Shown here: positions 1 through 17,462 of the stretch, in pieces
Numbering within the stretch: position 1 is the first letter of the stretch
Layout: every line of letters starts with the position of its first letter
Assembly (NCBI RefSeq): GCF_009914755.1
Contig: NC_060933.1
From: the human T2T-CHM13v2.0 reference genome, Homo sapiens
Reading direction: 5' to 3' (one strand)
Length of the DNA: 64,000 bases
Translations under genes and position numbers: made by a program
The notes under the pieces: model-generated
Told to the model about the DNA's origin: nothing
Seen by the model: the letters and a program-made list of their open reading frames with translations, nothing else
Database searches by the model: none

Positions 1-1291
1 GAAAGATTACCCAGTCAAAGTTCATATAAATGCTGCATATTGTTAGGTATTGAATAAGTATTTGGTATCTCTTTATGTTATGAAGAAGTAAACAGTGTAT
101 CTGCGTTTAAATATGAAGACAGGGTTACAGTGGAAGCATGATGCTATCATCTAGTGACACTCATCTTGCAGTATCATATTTTTACTAGTTAAGTGTTCTT
201 TATTTTAAGTAGGAGGTACAGGATTCTGAAGCATAGTGTAAAAGATTGGAAAAGGTTTCACAGGGAAACCTGTGGGTATGAATCATACATGCTGTGGAAA
301 CCAAGGATCTTCTCAAAGTCATGGTTACTGGACTTCATATGAAGCCCTGTGATTAAAGAAGCAAGTCAGCTTAGTAATAGCCAATATTGACTGAAAATCT
401 GAAGGGCATTTGTTTAACCTCCTTAAATAGTTGTTATCCAACAAATCTGCTAAAAAATAGTTTTCAATTATTTAGTACTTACTGTCTTTGTTCACTTAAA
501 CACAACTTGCAAATAAGAAGTAGTTATTGCAAAAGGTAGAAATGATCATCCAATGTGCAATTCCTTGTCATGAAAACCCTCCAAGGCTGGTTTAAAACAG
601 AAACTTCCTTAAATGTTCTGCAAATAAAAATTCAAGATAATTAAAATCCAGAACAAAAGAGAAAATATTTACATAAAACACACTTCTACAGTATTTTAAT
701 TTATTCTGAATCATCATTGAATAGAATATTTTAATTTGTTCAAGTAAATATTTTACTGTGTTCATGATAGGGGCTTAGTATCTGCAAGTGATGGGCCTTG
801 TTAATCTTCAGAATAAGTTTAAATGACAGCTCAGCAGGGCAGCGTCTCCCGTGCAGCAGCCCCTGTGGAGCAGCAGGAAGGAAGGCTCCGGAGGAAGCCG
901 CAGGAAGCCGATGGCTCCTGTGAGAGACTGCCTGACTGATGCTGTCACGGTATTGACCCTCTCCCTAAGAGCCCTGAGATCACACTCGCCCTTTTTACAT
1001 CACCCAACAGGGCTGACTTAACATCCAGGGAGGACAAATAAAGGGGAAGAATAAAATAGTCCAACAAAACCAGGACAGAATGCATTCATGTCATTAATGG
1101 AGCTACATTCTTACTTTGAATGAATTACCTACATTATGTTACCTTCCTAAAGACTTACTGAAAAAAAGGTGTTCAAGGAACTAAGGGAAACCCAGGGTGG
1201 CACTTGAGGTTGAGGGTCACAGACCACACTCTGAATAGCCCTGAGGCTGAGTGCAGGGCCAGGCTGCCTGTGTGCAGATCTCCTGGCCGTG

Positions 1292-2032
1292 TGTTAGAGG
1301 TTGAACCATGCATCTCTCAGAATTCAAATGTTGAATTTTTATTTTATTTTTATTTATTTAGTTTTTTTGAAACAGAGTCTCACTCTGTCACCCAGACTGG
1401 AGTGCAATGGCCCTATCTCAGCTCACTGCAACTTCCAACTGCTGGGTTGAAGTGATTCTCCTGATTCAGCCTCCTGAGTAGCTGGGATTACAGGCGCCTG
1501 CCACCATGCCCAGCTAATTTTTGTACCTTTAGTAGAGATGGGTTTTTGCCATGTTGGTCAGGCTTGTCTCAAACTCCTGACCTCAGGTGATCCGCCTGCC
1601 TCAGCCTCCCAAAGTGCTAGGATTACAGGTGTGAGCCACCATGCCCAGCCCATATGTTGAATTTTTAAACACTGAGTACTGCAGAACCCAGGAATTATTT
1701 GGACATAGGGTCTTTACATGGGAGTTAAAATGAGGTTGTTGTGAAGGGACCCTAATCCAATTTGACTAATATCCTTGTAAAAAGGGAAATTTGGAGACAG
1801 ACACACGTAGAGGGAAGATGATGTGAAGAGATCAAAGAAGAAGACAGGTGTCTACAAAACCAGGAAAGAGGCCTGGAATAGATGCTTCGTTCATAGCCTT
1901 CAGAAGGAGCCAACCCTGCTGGCACCTTAGTGTTAGACTTCTATCCTCCAGAACTGTCAGACAAAAAATGCCCATTGTTTAAGTCACCCAGTGTGTGGCA
2001 CTTTGTTATGATGTCTCTAGCAAACTAATATA
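1292..2032 (+). mobile_element. MaLR solo LTR (MLT1B-like), split by an Alu
   Basis: Typical MLT1 text (CCCTAATCCAATTTGACT...CCTCCAGAACTGT...TTGTTTAAGTCACCCAG...GCAAACTAATA); Alu inserted at about 1341-1650. Confidence 0.8.
1341..1650 (-). mobile_element. Alu (AluS)
   Basis: Full dimeric Alu reverse complement; TSD ATGTTGAATTTTT on both sides. Confidence 0.95.
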
Positions 2033-2034
2033 CC

Positions 2035-2200
2035 TTGTGACCTTGGCAGTTGTGTCTTCCTGCCTCTGTAAAATGCAAATATTACTGATATATTACCTCC
2101 TAGGGCTTCTGTGAAGAGGAGATGAGTTAATACATGCAAAGTGCTACAATAGTGCAGACGTAATATTAATACTCAGTAAATGTTAAGATGATTATTAATA
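2035..2200 (+). mobile_element. MIR fragment
   Basis: TGTGACCTTGGC...CTGTAAAATG...GTGAAGAGGAGATGAGTTAATACATGCAAAGTGCT core. Confidence 0.7.
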
Positions 2201-2804
2201 TCAACATCATCATCACCATTGTATAAAAAAAAGAAAATTGGGGCTGATATCTGATCTCTACAACTTTACCATGCAGCATCCCTGTCCATTGCTTTTTCTA
2301 AATTCTATTATTAACCTTGAGTGTCTTGTAATTGATCATGTTTCAACCTTTCTTTGACAGCAAGTACTCTCAGAAATAAAAGTATTACTCGGACCAAGCA
2401 ATTGAACAACATATTCATGCATTTATGTTCATGTAGAAATACCAATTATACACGTTTTATTTTATTTTATTCATGACTCTATTTTGTATCTTATACTTTT
2501 TTCCCCATTGAAATGAGGTGAATTAAAAATAAAAACTTTATAAATTAATTAGCTGCAAAAATACTTATTTTTGTTTGTTTTTCCAAATGGTTGCAACTTA
2601 CATAGTGTAAAATACAATTCATGAAAGTGGAAAGATGCAGAAATCAGAATGGAAATGAGAACCAGCAACCTGAGAGTCCCACAGAAATATTCAGTCACAT
2701 CTGTGTAACCAGGGGCTGTACAGTCTTAGGTGGAGGTATTCCAGATTTTTGTTTCTTAGTTTCTGTCAGATGTAAAATGTGTATGTGGAACTATTGTGCA
2801 CTTT

Positions 2805-2930
2805 CTTTGTTTGGTAGAGACAGTCTCGCTGTGTTGCCCAGGCTAGTCTCAAATTCCTGGCCTCAAGTGATCCTCCCACCTCAGCCTCTCAAAGTGCTGG
2901 TACTACAGGTGTGAGCCACCATCCCCAGCC
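2805..2930 (-). mobile_element. FLAM / Alu left monomer
   Basis: Single monomer with degenerate TSD (TATTGTGCACTTTCT / TACTGTGCATTTTCT). Confidence 0.8.
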
Positions 2931-4025
2931 TACTGTGCATTTTCTATTATTTGAAGCAAAATTGGGGCCACAAAGAAGGTCATCTGTAGTATGCCAATAA
3001 CATAAACCTCTGACATTTCAGTAAAACATTGCCTTTGCCTCTGCATAGTATGCCAGCATGTTCTGCAGGGTGGGCAGCCACAAGCAGTGGTTAGAACAGG
3101 GGCTCTAGAACCAGGGCCTGAACCTGAGGCTGTGCTCTGCTCTCCTTAATAGTGAAATCAGAGGCAAGTTGCTTGACCTTTCTGCTTTGTGTTTCTGCTT
3201 TTGCAAGATGCACAATATCTGGTTTGTGGAGTTTTTTGAGGACTAAGGGAGATAGTGATTCCTATCAAATGTTTACCAGAGCCTCTGATAATCTGGGTTT
3301 TCTCCCTCCACTTCCTTCCCCTCCTTACTTCTTCAAGATGATTCTATTTAATGGCATGTTGGAAATCATGTCAGCAGTCATGACATGCCAAGGTAAAATG
3401 AAACTTTTTTCCTTAAAAGTAGGAGAATGAGGTAAGAGATGATTTTAGAAGTTAAAGCCTACCCAAACATAAAAGGATATGATTTGTGTCACTGTCATCT
3501 AAAGTGTCTACTGCTACATTTTCCGTGGGGCTGAAGTTTTGATTAAAAAGAATAATGTCGTATCCCAGGTGTATCCCTAAATTGGTAACTACTTCCGAAA
3601 GTCTTTTTTAAGCTTGTACTTAAATGACATTTTTTTAAGGATAATAGTTTTGTATTATAAAAGATAAATGCACAAAGCAGCTACATGTAAAATGCCACTT
3701 TAGGACATGCTGTTCTAACACAAATACTGTCAACATCTCATTTGTGAGTGAACTGACAAGATGTCCAGGGAATGAGTTACAGTGGAGAAAATTCAACGTG
3801 CATCACAGAATAGTTACCAGCTCCTGGCCCTCCACAGATGTGGACCTAAAACCACCTGGAGGGCAGAGTCAGCTCCCTCCTGCTGTGAGTGCTTCCTAGT
3901 GAGCCAGCAGCTGAAGGCCTCCCTAGCTTCACTTCTCCAGAGTGGGCATGGAGATAACTAGTGAAAGTGGTCACAAAGTCGGGGCCAAGAAGTCTCTAAC
4001 CCCTAAATCAAGATTGAGAGATACT

Positions 4026-4394
<369 letters not shown>

Positions 4395-4485
4395 TCATCC
4401 TTGCATCAATTTTTTCCTACAAATCAATGGAGTGTGCACATATGGGGCATTATTTCACGTTAAAGGAACTAAGTCCATATAAATG

Positions 4486-4766
<281 letters not shown>

Positions 4767-5130
4767 AAGTAGAAATTATATCCTGCTACTAGTTGACCAA
4801 ACATGATTCATAAACTATAACTAGTATGGCCGCCATTAATCTAAAAATTAATTTTTAGATTAATGTTTATTGACAGTATCTACTCTATAAAATACAAAAA
4901 TAAAATATGCTTTTATGATGTGGACCATAGTATCCATAAGATTGCTTTTCTGTTTGAATTGGCTATAAAAATGGAAAAAGTATCATTTTGTAACTGTGTG
5001 GCATTTGTTCATTTATTCAACAATAATACCAGAGTGGAAAGCAACAAGTTAGGTGTGACATAATATAGAAATGGTTTTGTTTTGTTTGTTTGTTCTACAT
5101 ATATTATTAGTAAGGTTTCTCTAGAGTACT

Positions 5131-5167
5131 GTCTCTCTCTATCTCTTTCTATCTCTGTCTACACATA

Positions 5168-5206
<39 letters not shown>
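5131..5206. repeat. (CT)n/(CA)n microsatellite
   Basis: CT-rich run followed by about 19 CA units. Confidence 0.95.
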
Positions 5207-5209
<3 letters not shown>

Positions 5210-5259
5210 TGTTCCTCAACTTACAATGGGGTTATGTCACAATAAACCCATCATAAGTT

Positions 5260-6115
5260 TGTTACAGGAAAGAGGTCCAGATCCAGACCCCAAGAGAGGG
5301 TTCTTGGATCTTGTGCAAGAAAGAATTCAGGGCGAGTTCACAGTGCAAAATGAAAGTAAGTTTGTTAAGAAAGTAAAGGAATAAAAGAATGGTTATTCCA
5401 TAGAAAGAGCAGCCCCAAGGGCTGCTGATTGCGCTTTTTTTTTTTTTGTTTGAGATGGAGTCTTGCTCTGTTGCCCAGCCTGAAGTGCAGTGGCACTATC
5501 TAGGCTCACTGCAACCTCCCCTTCCAGGGCTCAAGTGATTCTCCTGCCTCAGCCTCCTGAGCAGCTGGGATCACAGGCGTGCACCACCAGGCCTGGCTAA
5601 TTTTTGTATTTTTAGTAGAGACAGGGTTTCACCATATTGGTCAGGCTGGTCTCAAACTCCCGACCTTGTGATCCACCCACCTCGGCCTCCGAAAGTGCTG
5701 GGATTACAGGCGTGAGCCACCACACCTGGCCGGTTGCCCATTTTTATGGTTATTTCTTGAGATTTGCTAAACAACGGGTGGATTATTCATCCCTCCCCTT
5801 TTAGACCATATAGGGTAACTTTCTGACGTTGCCATGGCATCTGTAAACTGTCATGGTGCTGGTGGGAGAGTAGCAGTGAGGACGACCAGAGTCACTCTCA
5901 TCGCAATTTTGGTTTGGGTGGGTTTTGGCTGGTTGCTTTACTGCAACCTGTTTTATCAGCAAGGTCTTTATGATCTGTATTTTGTGCTGACCTCCTATCT
6001 CATTCTATGACTTAGAATGCCTTAACCATCTGGGAATGCAGCCCAGGAGATTTCAGCCTCATTTTACCCAGCTCCTATTTAAGATGGAGTTGCTCTGGTT
6101 CACTTGTCTCTGACA
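5260..6115 (-). mobile_element. MER41A solo LTR
   Basis: TGTTACAGGAAAG...CTCTGACA termini, 4-bp TSD AGTT; lacks the GAS-containing insert of MER41B. Confidence 0.9.
5435..5731 (-). mobile_element. Alu (AluS) inside MER41A
   Basis: Full Alu with degenerate TSD. Confidence 0.95.
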
Positions 6116-7969
6116 AGTTGAAAATGCATTTAATACACCTAACCTACTGGACCTCATAGCTTAGCTTAGCCTACCTTAAATGTGCTCAGAACACTTACAT
6201 TAGCATACATTTAGCCTATGTTTGGGCCAAATCATGTAACACAAAGCCTATTTTATAATGAAGTGTTGAATATTTAATGTAACTTATTAAATACTATGTT
6301 GAAAGTAAAAAACAAAATGCAATCTTTATTATTTTAGCTAAAATAATTGTCAATTTATTAAATAAAAACAAAACAGCCCACACCATCATTAGCTGCAAAA
6401 TCATTTTGAACCATTGTAAGTTGGGGACTGTCTAAAGAATTGAGAATTGGCTCAAGTAATGACAGAAGCTGATTAGTATGGAAATTTGAAGTCAGCAAGT
6501 TGGAGACCCAGCAGAGGTAAGGTATAGTCCAAAAGCTTGCAGCCTTGAGGCTCAAGAAGAGCCAATGTTTTCGTTCATTTACGAATGTAGGAAAAGACCA
6601 ATGTCCCAGTTCACACAGTCAGGCAAAAGGAGCTCCCCAGTACTCACGGGAGGGTCAGCTGTTTTGTTCTATTCAGGCCTCCCACCAAGAGGATAAGGAC
6701 CATCCATATTGGGGAGTGCAGTGGGCTTCACTCAGCTAGAGATTCAAATGTTAATCTCATTCAGAAAACACCCTCACAGACACACAGAATAATGTTTGAC
6801 CAAATATCTGAGCCACCCTGTGGCCCAGTCAAACTGATAGTTTTTCCTTAGGTTATCTCCAGTGTCATTTAAATATTAATATTTATAGTATATTATATAT
6901 TGATGTAAATATTAACATTTATTACCCAGGGGTTGTGTTCTCTTGATAATGTTCTATTTTTTTAATCTCTGTGAAAAAATGTTTTATGAAGTGTGGAATT
7001 TATCTGCTACACTGACATATTCTGCATTAATCTTTCTCTATTTTGTGGTTGTCAATCACTGGTACAGTTTCAGAGAGCAGGAAATGAAGATTCAGCCTTT
7101 AACTCCTACACAATCCACAGTGTTTTTTTCCCCTCAGAACAGTCATAAAAACTGTTGTATTTTATTTAGATTTTTAAATTAACAACTAAAGCCATATTCT
7201 AGTAATACTTTAATAATCTAGATTTCATATTTTAGAGTAGAAGCCTGCATCATATTTAAAATCCCTGCAGAGACTTTGAGGTTTTCAAATTAATATCATA
7301 TTAAAAATTTTTGCACTCTGAAGGCTTTCATTTATTGCTTTAAAAAAATGTTGAAACTCAGAGTTCAAATGATTTAAAAAACTCTACATCTAGATACAGT
7401 TAAGGTAAACTTTGTATACCTCTGTAATGACTTTCACTGCCCCTCATTATCAATCAAGAGCATTGAGATAAGGACTGGAAAATATTAAATATATATGTTA
7501 ATATTTATATAAACATATTAAATGTGTGTGTGTCACACATACACACACACACAGAGCAAGAGAAAGGGCAAGAGAGGGACAGTAACTGTCTTCAGAATAT
7601 CAAAAGTTCTGCTAATCGGCTCTTTTGCAGAAGCTTGTCCTCACTCTCCGCATAGGGGAAAGAGAATGAGCTTAAAAACAGAACTTCCTGCTGAATTAAT
7701 TAAATATATCCATTACTACTGACAGAATCAGTGAGGTTAAGCCCCTCTGAAGATGACAAGATAAATTGTCACTATTATGGCACTAGAAATGAGATACTGG
7801 GATAAGATTTCATTACCGTATTATCATAGGTTTACTTAATTGGCAAAGTTTCACTTAAGAAGGATGCAGAAATTCTGAACACAAGTTAGCATTTCTAGCA
7901 CGATGGTACAAGATGTGTTATTGAGTAAGTCAAAGATGCCATAAACGCAAATTTCAAGGAATGGTGTAA

Positions 7970-8383
<414 letters not shown>

Positions 8384-8437
8384 TCAAAGGGATAGGTAAG
8401 TAAAAAATTGAATGCAATATGTAGGAAATGCTGCTTT

Positions 8438-8452
8438 CTTATTTTTATTTTT

Positions 8453-8496
<44 letters not shown>

Positions 8497-8609
8497 TTTT
8501 TGAGACAGAGTCTCTCTCTGTCGCCCAGGCCGGAGTGCAGTGGTGCGATCTCGGCTCACTGCAAGCTCTGCCTCCCGGGTTCACACCATTCTCCTCCCTC
8601 AGCCTCCCA
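8438..8609 (-). mobile_element. 5'-truncated AluY-like element with (TTTA)n tail
   Basis: Right-arm 3' part only; TSD GAAATGCTGCTTT. Confidence 0.9.
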
Positions 8610-9500
8610 GAAATGCTGCTTTTTAAAAGTGGCCACTCTTATGCTAATAAAGCCATCCATGAGACAAGAACGTGGTTAAAATATAATAGCACATACAGAA
8701 AGCAATACTGCTTTGTCCAAGTCAGTCCCATTAGTCCTGGCATGATTTCTATAGCACTCCTTTCAAATAAAGAATGTCCCAATTTAAATGAAGAACACTA
8801 TATAATCATCCTAATCATAATAGCAAGATTAAGTCATCATTTGTAGTAAAATCTTACAACAGATTGTGATTGGCTGTGTAGTGACAAAATAATTGGAAAG
8901 TGGCAAATAAAACTGGTCATAGAGGGTCTTAGGCTATATTTGTTGCCTTGAAGACATGATGGGAGAATTAATCTTAATAAATGACCTCGGCCTAGATGAA
9001 ATATCCTTCTTAAACCAAATATTTCTGCAAGGTATGGATTGAATCTTCATACCAAGTCCAACGAATTTTTGTCCTGCTGGAAACTAATTGAGAAGGAAAT
9101 TAACAGGAATTAAGGTGAGATGAACAAGGTGAGTTGCAGAAGTGCAGGCTCAGATCCTGCTAAATTTTAATATTTGCTCATGGTGACTTTTTTGCATTAA
9201 TTTTAATATTTTTAAATAATGTATTAAAACATTATTTATTTTGATTGCTAAGTTTTGTGCTTACCCATTTAATTGTGTTCCTAAGGGGAGTACCTCACTT
9301 ACCTCACCTTGTAACAGATTCTATACAAGGTATACCTGGGATTAGATATAAAGAACAATGAAGTCAGAACTGTGTTATGGGGGTTTCCACTCCAGCTACC
9401 TGAAACTGAGGTTGCCCTATCTTAGTGAGTTCAAAGCTGGAGATTCTGTAAATAGACACGGGGACTGTGAGGTCCCTGCACAAACAGGTCATATCTGTAA

Positions 9501-9770
<270 letters not shown>

Positions 9771-9984
9771 TTTGAGAACAAGAACACCATGTCTGCTGGT
9801 GTGTTAGTCGATTTTGTGTTGCTATAAAGAAATATGTGAGGCTGGATAATTTATAAAGAAAAGAGGTTTATTTGGTTCACAGTTCTGCAGGCTGTACAAA
9901 AAGTGTAATGACAGTATCAGCTTTTGCTGAGGCCACAGGAAGCTTACAATCATTGCAGAAGGCAAAGTGGGAGCTGGTGTATGA

Positions 9985-10348
<364 letters not shown>

Positions 10349-10426
10349 TAAACAACCAGCTTTTGCATGAACTAATGCAGGGAGGACTTATTCGTTACTA
10401 TGAGGAAGGCATCAAACCATTCATGA

Positions 10427-10859
<433 letters not shown>

Positions 10860-11328
10860 ATCTAAACTATATCAGCTGGTGGTTTGCCCTAAGCTTTTCT
10901 CCCCTAAGTTTCTTTTTTCAGAAATAAAGTTTGTCTTTATCTGACGTCAGCAGATTGGTGTTTGCTTTTGCCTGCTGTATTCCTTTAGTTTCTAAAATAG
11001 TCCAAATTCCTCACCCTTCCCTGAAAATGTTGCTCTTACGTTGACATAATATGTCTAGTTTCATTCAGTGGTTAATATTATAATATAGTACTCAGATTAG
11101 AGTTTGCAGCTGTTGTCGTTAAATTTAGGTCATTCTAAATTTACAAGTTAGTTGGGAAGAAAACAACCGCAAATTCTCAACCCTCATCACCATTTCTGCC
11201 TCTCAGTGCTCATATAAAGTCACTACAGAAAAAGAAGGAATGCAGCAATTAAACAAGCTCATCTGTAACACGATTAATTTTTAACTCTTTAATTCACTTG
11301 TTTCTCATAGGAAACTACATTAACATGA

Positions 11329-11656
<328 letters not shown>

Positions 11657-11989
11657 ATGACAGTAATTTTTGAAAATGAATTGGCACAGCAATTCAAGAA
11701 GAGGAAATCGGACCCATGGTCTCTAAAGGACTTCCCAGCAATAATGTGCTGGGCTGTTCAGAAGTATCACTGATAAAAGGCTATGCCCATGTGCACAACT
11801 GGCCTGACCTCATGTGCATATCAGTTCACCTCAACCACCATCCCGTCTGCTAAAATAAGTCACATTGGTTGCCTCCCAAAGTTCTCTATTCAAACCAGTA
11901 AACTCAGTTAAATAGGTTGTGAATAGGAAAATCCAAAAGTCACTGGGAAAAGATGTTATAAACTAAAATATTCATAGAAACATTTTTTA

Positions 11990-12700
<711 letters not shown>

Positions 12701-13918
12701 CCTAAATGTATGTGTATGCTATATGTCACATGCATGACATATATGTGCATGACACGTGATATATATGTGAACTACATATAGTTCACAAAAACTAAATGTA
12801 GATATGGTATACAATCACACAAAAGCACTTAATGTATCAATGTGTCTATATATACATTTATGCCTAACTTATGACAATAAATATACTCTCAAATACCTGG
12901 TCATCATTAAATCTAATATGTAGAATATTAAAATATGAAAGAGGATGCTGTATTTGTTATTAGTCATTTTTCTCCAGTCTATTTTCTTTTGCATCATTTA
13001 ATAAATTAGTAGAGAACTTTCCTCCCATTCCTTTTAGTGTTTTAAAATCTTTTAATTTAAAAATTATAGCTCTTAGATAATTGCCTTATGTATTGTTTTT
13101 AAATTTTGTTTCCTATGGGTTGCTGTAAATCTATCCTAAGTGGCAAAGTTTTAAAAACAATATGGGTCAAAAGTGCACAAAGCTCTGAAAATGAGAAAAG
13201 AAAATGACCAAACCTTTAAGATTCCTAGCATTATTCTGCCTATCACCATAATGTTTGCTTGGAGGGAGGCAGGCTATGAACTGAACAACCTAATTTATGG
13301 CTGATGTGCTCTCTGGCCATTATGGGCAGAATGTGAGCTTCTTCACAGCAGTGGCTCTCAGCATTTCTCTTCACGTTCTATGGGCTACAGCAAGTCACAT
13401 GACCAATCCCAACTCCATTGTGTCAGGGATGTATAATCCTCTTACTTGGAGGACAGCAAGTAATTGGGAACAGTAATACAATTTGGCACACAAAACAAAT
13501 CTTCAGAGAGTGTCAGGGTCAAGAGAAGCATTTGTCCGAGAAAAAGTTACTCTAAACTTGCAAAAAGATAAAAATCATAATGCTTGATTAAAAAAATACT
13601 GAATTATTTTCTAATTATTTACTTGACCCTAACCTGACAACATTTATAGGAGTGATATAAAGTCAGACTATTTACAGACTGTGAGTCTAGAGGTCAGCAG
13701 CAAAATTTAGAAATTATCATGACTCTGTAGCCCAGTGGTTTACTGTCATAAAAGATATATTTTATAATGAAATAGACCACCAAGTAGAACAACAGACCAC
13801 TGAAATAAACCATCAAATGACATCCTATAATTTAAAGGTATGATGAAAAATGGAAAGAGTTGTAAATGTTTCTTCTAGAGTTGTCATTTGGTGCTTCTGT
13901 TAGAAGGGCTATAGAGGA

Positions 13919-14263
<345 letters not shown>

Positions 14264-14732
14264 TTACAGCATAACCTTTAAAAAGTCATTCTAGAATATC
14301 CTAATAGATGTATACATCCCTCTACCTAAATTTTTGTAGATGTTATTTGCCTACATAGTGAATGACATTGTATTTCAGCAGAATTTATTATTCAACTTTT
14401 AAAAACAAAGCTCCTGCATTTATATCCATTTTCCATATCTCTATGTCATAAAGATAATGAATTTAATTGGACAATTTTCTTTCAAATGTGTGCAGCCTCC
14501 TTCCACTTCCAGGTCTGAAAGAGGACAGTATATTTTATAGACCACACGATTGCCAGAGTGGAAACTGGAGTGAGTGGAAGATTCCACATAGTTTTACTTG
14601 TGATACTCTAGAGACTAGTGGTGAGGTGTCTTGGAGATGGCATAATAATACAAATAACTAAATATTACTGAGTTGTTACTGTATATGGCACTATGTTAAA
14701 GGTTTCATAGGCATCACTCCTCATCACAACCA

Positions 14733-15815
14733 TTTTTTTTAAACAGCTTTATTGGGATAATTCATATATCATACAATTCACCCATTTAAAGTATACACTT
14801 CAGTGGTTTTTAGTATGTTCAGGGGTTGCACAGCCATCACCACGATTAATTTTAGGGCATTTTCATCACCCAAAAAAGAAACTCCATGACCATTAGTAGT
14901 CTTTCCTCATTTCTCTCCTCCCTCCATCTATCCTCTCCTCACCATCCCTCGGCCCCAAGTGATTGCTTATCTTCTTTCTGTCTTTATACATTTGTTCTTT
15001 CCTGGACATTTAACTATCTAAGTGTAATTATATATCTTTTGGCCAGTATCTTCCCATTGCCCCCAACATCCCAGTCTCTGGTAACAACCATTTTACTTTC
15101 TACTTCTATGACATAAACTTTTTTTTTTTTTTTTTTTGAGATGAAGTCTAGCTCCTGTCACACAGGCTGGAGTGCAGTGGTGCGATCTCGGCTCACTGCA
15201 ACCTCCACCTCCCTGGGTTCAAATGATTGTCCTTCCTCAGCCTCCCAAGTAGCTGGGATTACAGGCGTGTGCCACCATGACCGGCTAACTTTCACATTTT
15301 TAGTAGAGATGGGGTTTTGCCATGTTGGCCAGGCTGGTCTCAAATTCCGGACCTCAGGTGATCCACCCTCCTCGGCCTCCCAAAGCGCTAGGATTACAGG
15401 CATGAGCCACCACACCCAGCCCAACTTTTTAGATTCTACATGTGCGTGAGATCATGCAATATTTCTCTTTCTGTGCCTAACTTATTTCACTTAACCTAAT
15501 GTCCTCTGGGTTCATCCATGTTGTTGAAAATAACAGGATTTCATTCTGTTTTTTGGTTCAATAGTATTCATATATATACCACATCTTAAAAATCCATGTA
15601 TTCATTGATGAACACTTAGGTTGATTGCGTATCTTGGCTATTGTGAGTAACACTGCAGTAAATGTAGAAGTGAAGACATCTCTTTGATATACTGATTTCA
15701 TTTTCTTTCCATATATGCCATAAATGAGATTGCTGGGTCATATGCTCGTTCTAGTTTTAAGGTTTTGAGGAACCTCCATAATGTTTTTCATAATGGCTGT
15801 ACTAATCTACAACAC
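14733..15815 (-). mobile_element. L1M 3' fragments with an Alu at about 15118-15421
   Basis: CATACAATTCACCCATTTAAAGT...; TTCATCCATGTTGTTG...CTTGGCTATTGTGAGTAA antisense L1 3' text. Confidence 0.8.
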
Positions 15816-16099
15816 AACCCATTCTAAAATCTCATTTTAAAGATGAGAATTATGGTGGATCAGCCATTCATCCATGGTCACTCAGCCAGCAAAGTTCAGA
15901 GCCAGGTCAGGAACATCACCTGTCCTCTGCCTCACCTTGAACCATTTCTTGTGTTGCTTTGCAGGGAGGGTGTTGCCTGCCCCCTCATGTGTCAGTCTGT
16001 TAAGTCCAGTAGTGAAGGAAAGTGTTCACATGTCCATATGCACTGCAGATGAAGAGAGTATGGAAGCTTGGAGGGAGAAATTGCTCTCTTTCTTTCTGT

Positions 16100-16417
<318 letters not shown>

Positions 16418-17462
16418 TAGTTTATATTTATTCCTAAGAATATAAACTTCTGTTACCATTCTAAATTTCCAGAAAAACTTATTGTGAGTGCTAAACTAAT
16501 ATCATCCTGACCTAAGACAAATTGTCAGTTCCTAAGGGTGAGATTTATAGGAGAAAACCATGTCTACGCTTGAGGCAGAGTTCTTAGTAGAGATACAATA
16601 GCCAGTTGCTATTATTTCAAAGTTTGTCTGTCCCTAAATATTGCCTGCTTAGGTCTGACTATGCTAGGATTAGTGATCATCTGCTCTGAATTAAAGGTTT
16701 AGATGCACTCTTCCCAGGATAAAATTAAGTTTGGGGACTTTCTCTTTTCCTGGGAGCAAAAACCTCAGGAACTAAGTGTGCCATATGCTGGAAGATGGAA
16801 ACATTCCAACAGCCAGAAGTAGAGGGAAGATAAAAATGGCTTCCCTAAAGCAAGGCAAATCAGCGACAGCCAGTCCTGTGGCCACCACTAATCACTTGTA
16901 AATGAATGCTGCGATGTGTTTCAAAAGCCCTCATTCTGACTCTGCCTGATCTGCTACTGAAATGTTAATTATATGCCTAATCTTCTCTTGCAAGCAAAGG
17001 CAGCAGAGTTGCTAAAGATCATAGCAGGTAAAAACCTTCAAGGAGAGGTAAGGAGTAAATGGAGCTGGGAGGGAATGGTGTCTCTCAGGACAGAGCCTGG
17101 CTCATTGAAAGGGCATAGTCCTACCCTATAAGGGATGCCTCCCAGTGTGACCAGGTCTTCTATGATTTCTTTTAATGAGAAACCAGAAATCTGATTATGT
17201 TCATGAGAAATTGGAGTTTTACAAATTAGCAAAACTGTGCTGTGCTGAGAAAATAGAATAAACCTGAAGGCCAGAGGTGTGCTGGGAGAGTCACTTACAG
17301 AACCAGAGCAAATACTTACATAGAGCAATGATGTGTTTTAATAAAAACAGGGACTACTGTGCTTTGTAAATGTCTTTATGCCTTCTAAACGTCCTTTCTC
17401 CTGAAGTCTATAATGTGACATGGGATAGCAAAGTATTTTTTGGCATGAACCATTGCATTGAA

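Larger units (their letters stand above)
5206..6433 (+). mobile_element. Tigger-derived DNA transposon (MER47A-like), split by MER41
   Basis: CAGATGTTCCTCAACTTACAATGG at 5206 and its inverted counterpart CCATTGTAAGTTGGGGACTGTCT at about 6411-6433. Confidence 0.8.
5103..6840 (-). mobile_element. ERVL solo LTR (MLT2-like), outermost layer of a nested stack
   Basis: ATTAGTAAGGTTTCTCTAGAG at about 5103; resumes after 6433 with AGACCAATGTCCCAG...CAAATGTTAATCTCAT...GGCCCAGTCAAACTGA. Confidence 0.7.

Noticed and set aside
11700-11850. Minus-strand ttttag|CAGACG start resembling exon 13
   Set aside because: Similarity does not extend convincingly past the first few bases.
15935-15962. LEPFLVLLC resembles CNTNAP exon 12 (LEPFLLYC)
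   Set aside because: Wrong strand relative to the other exons and no flanking similarity.
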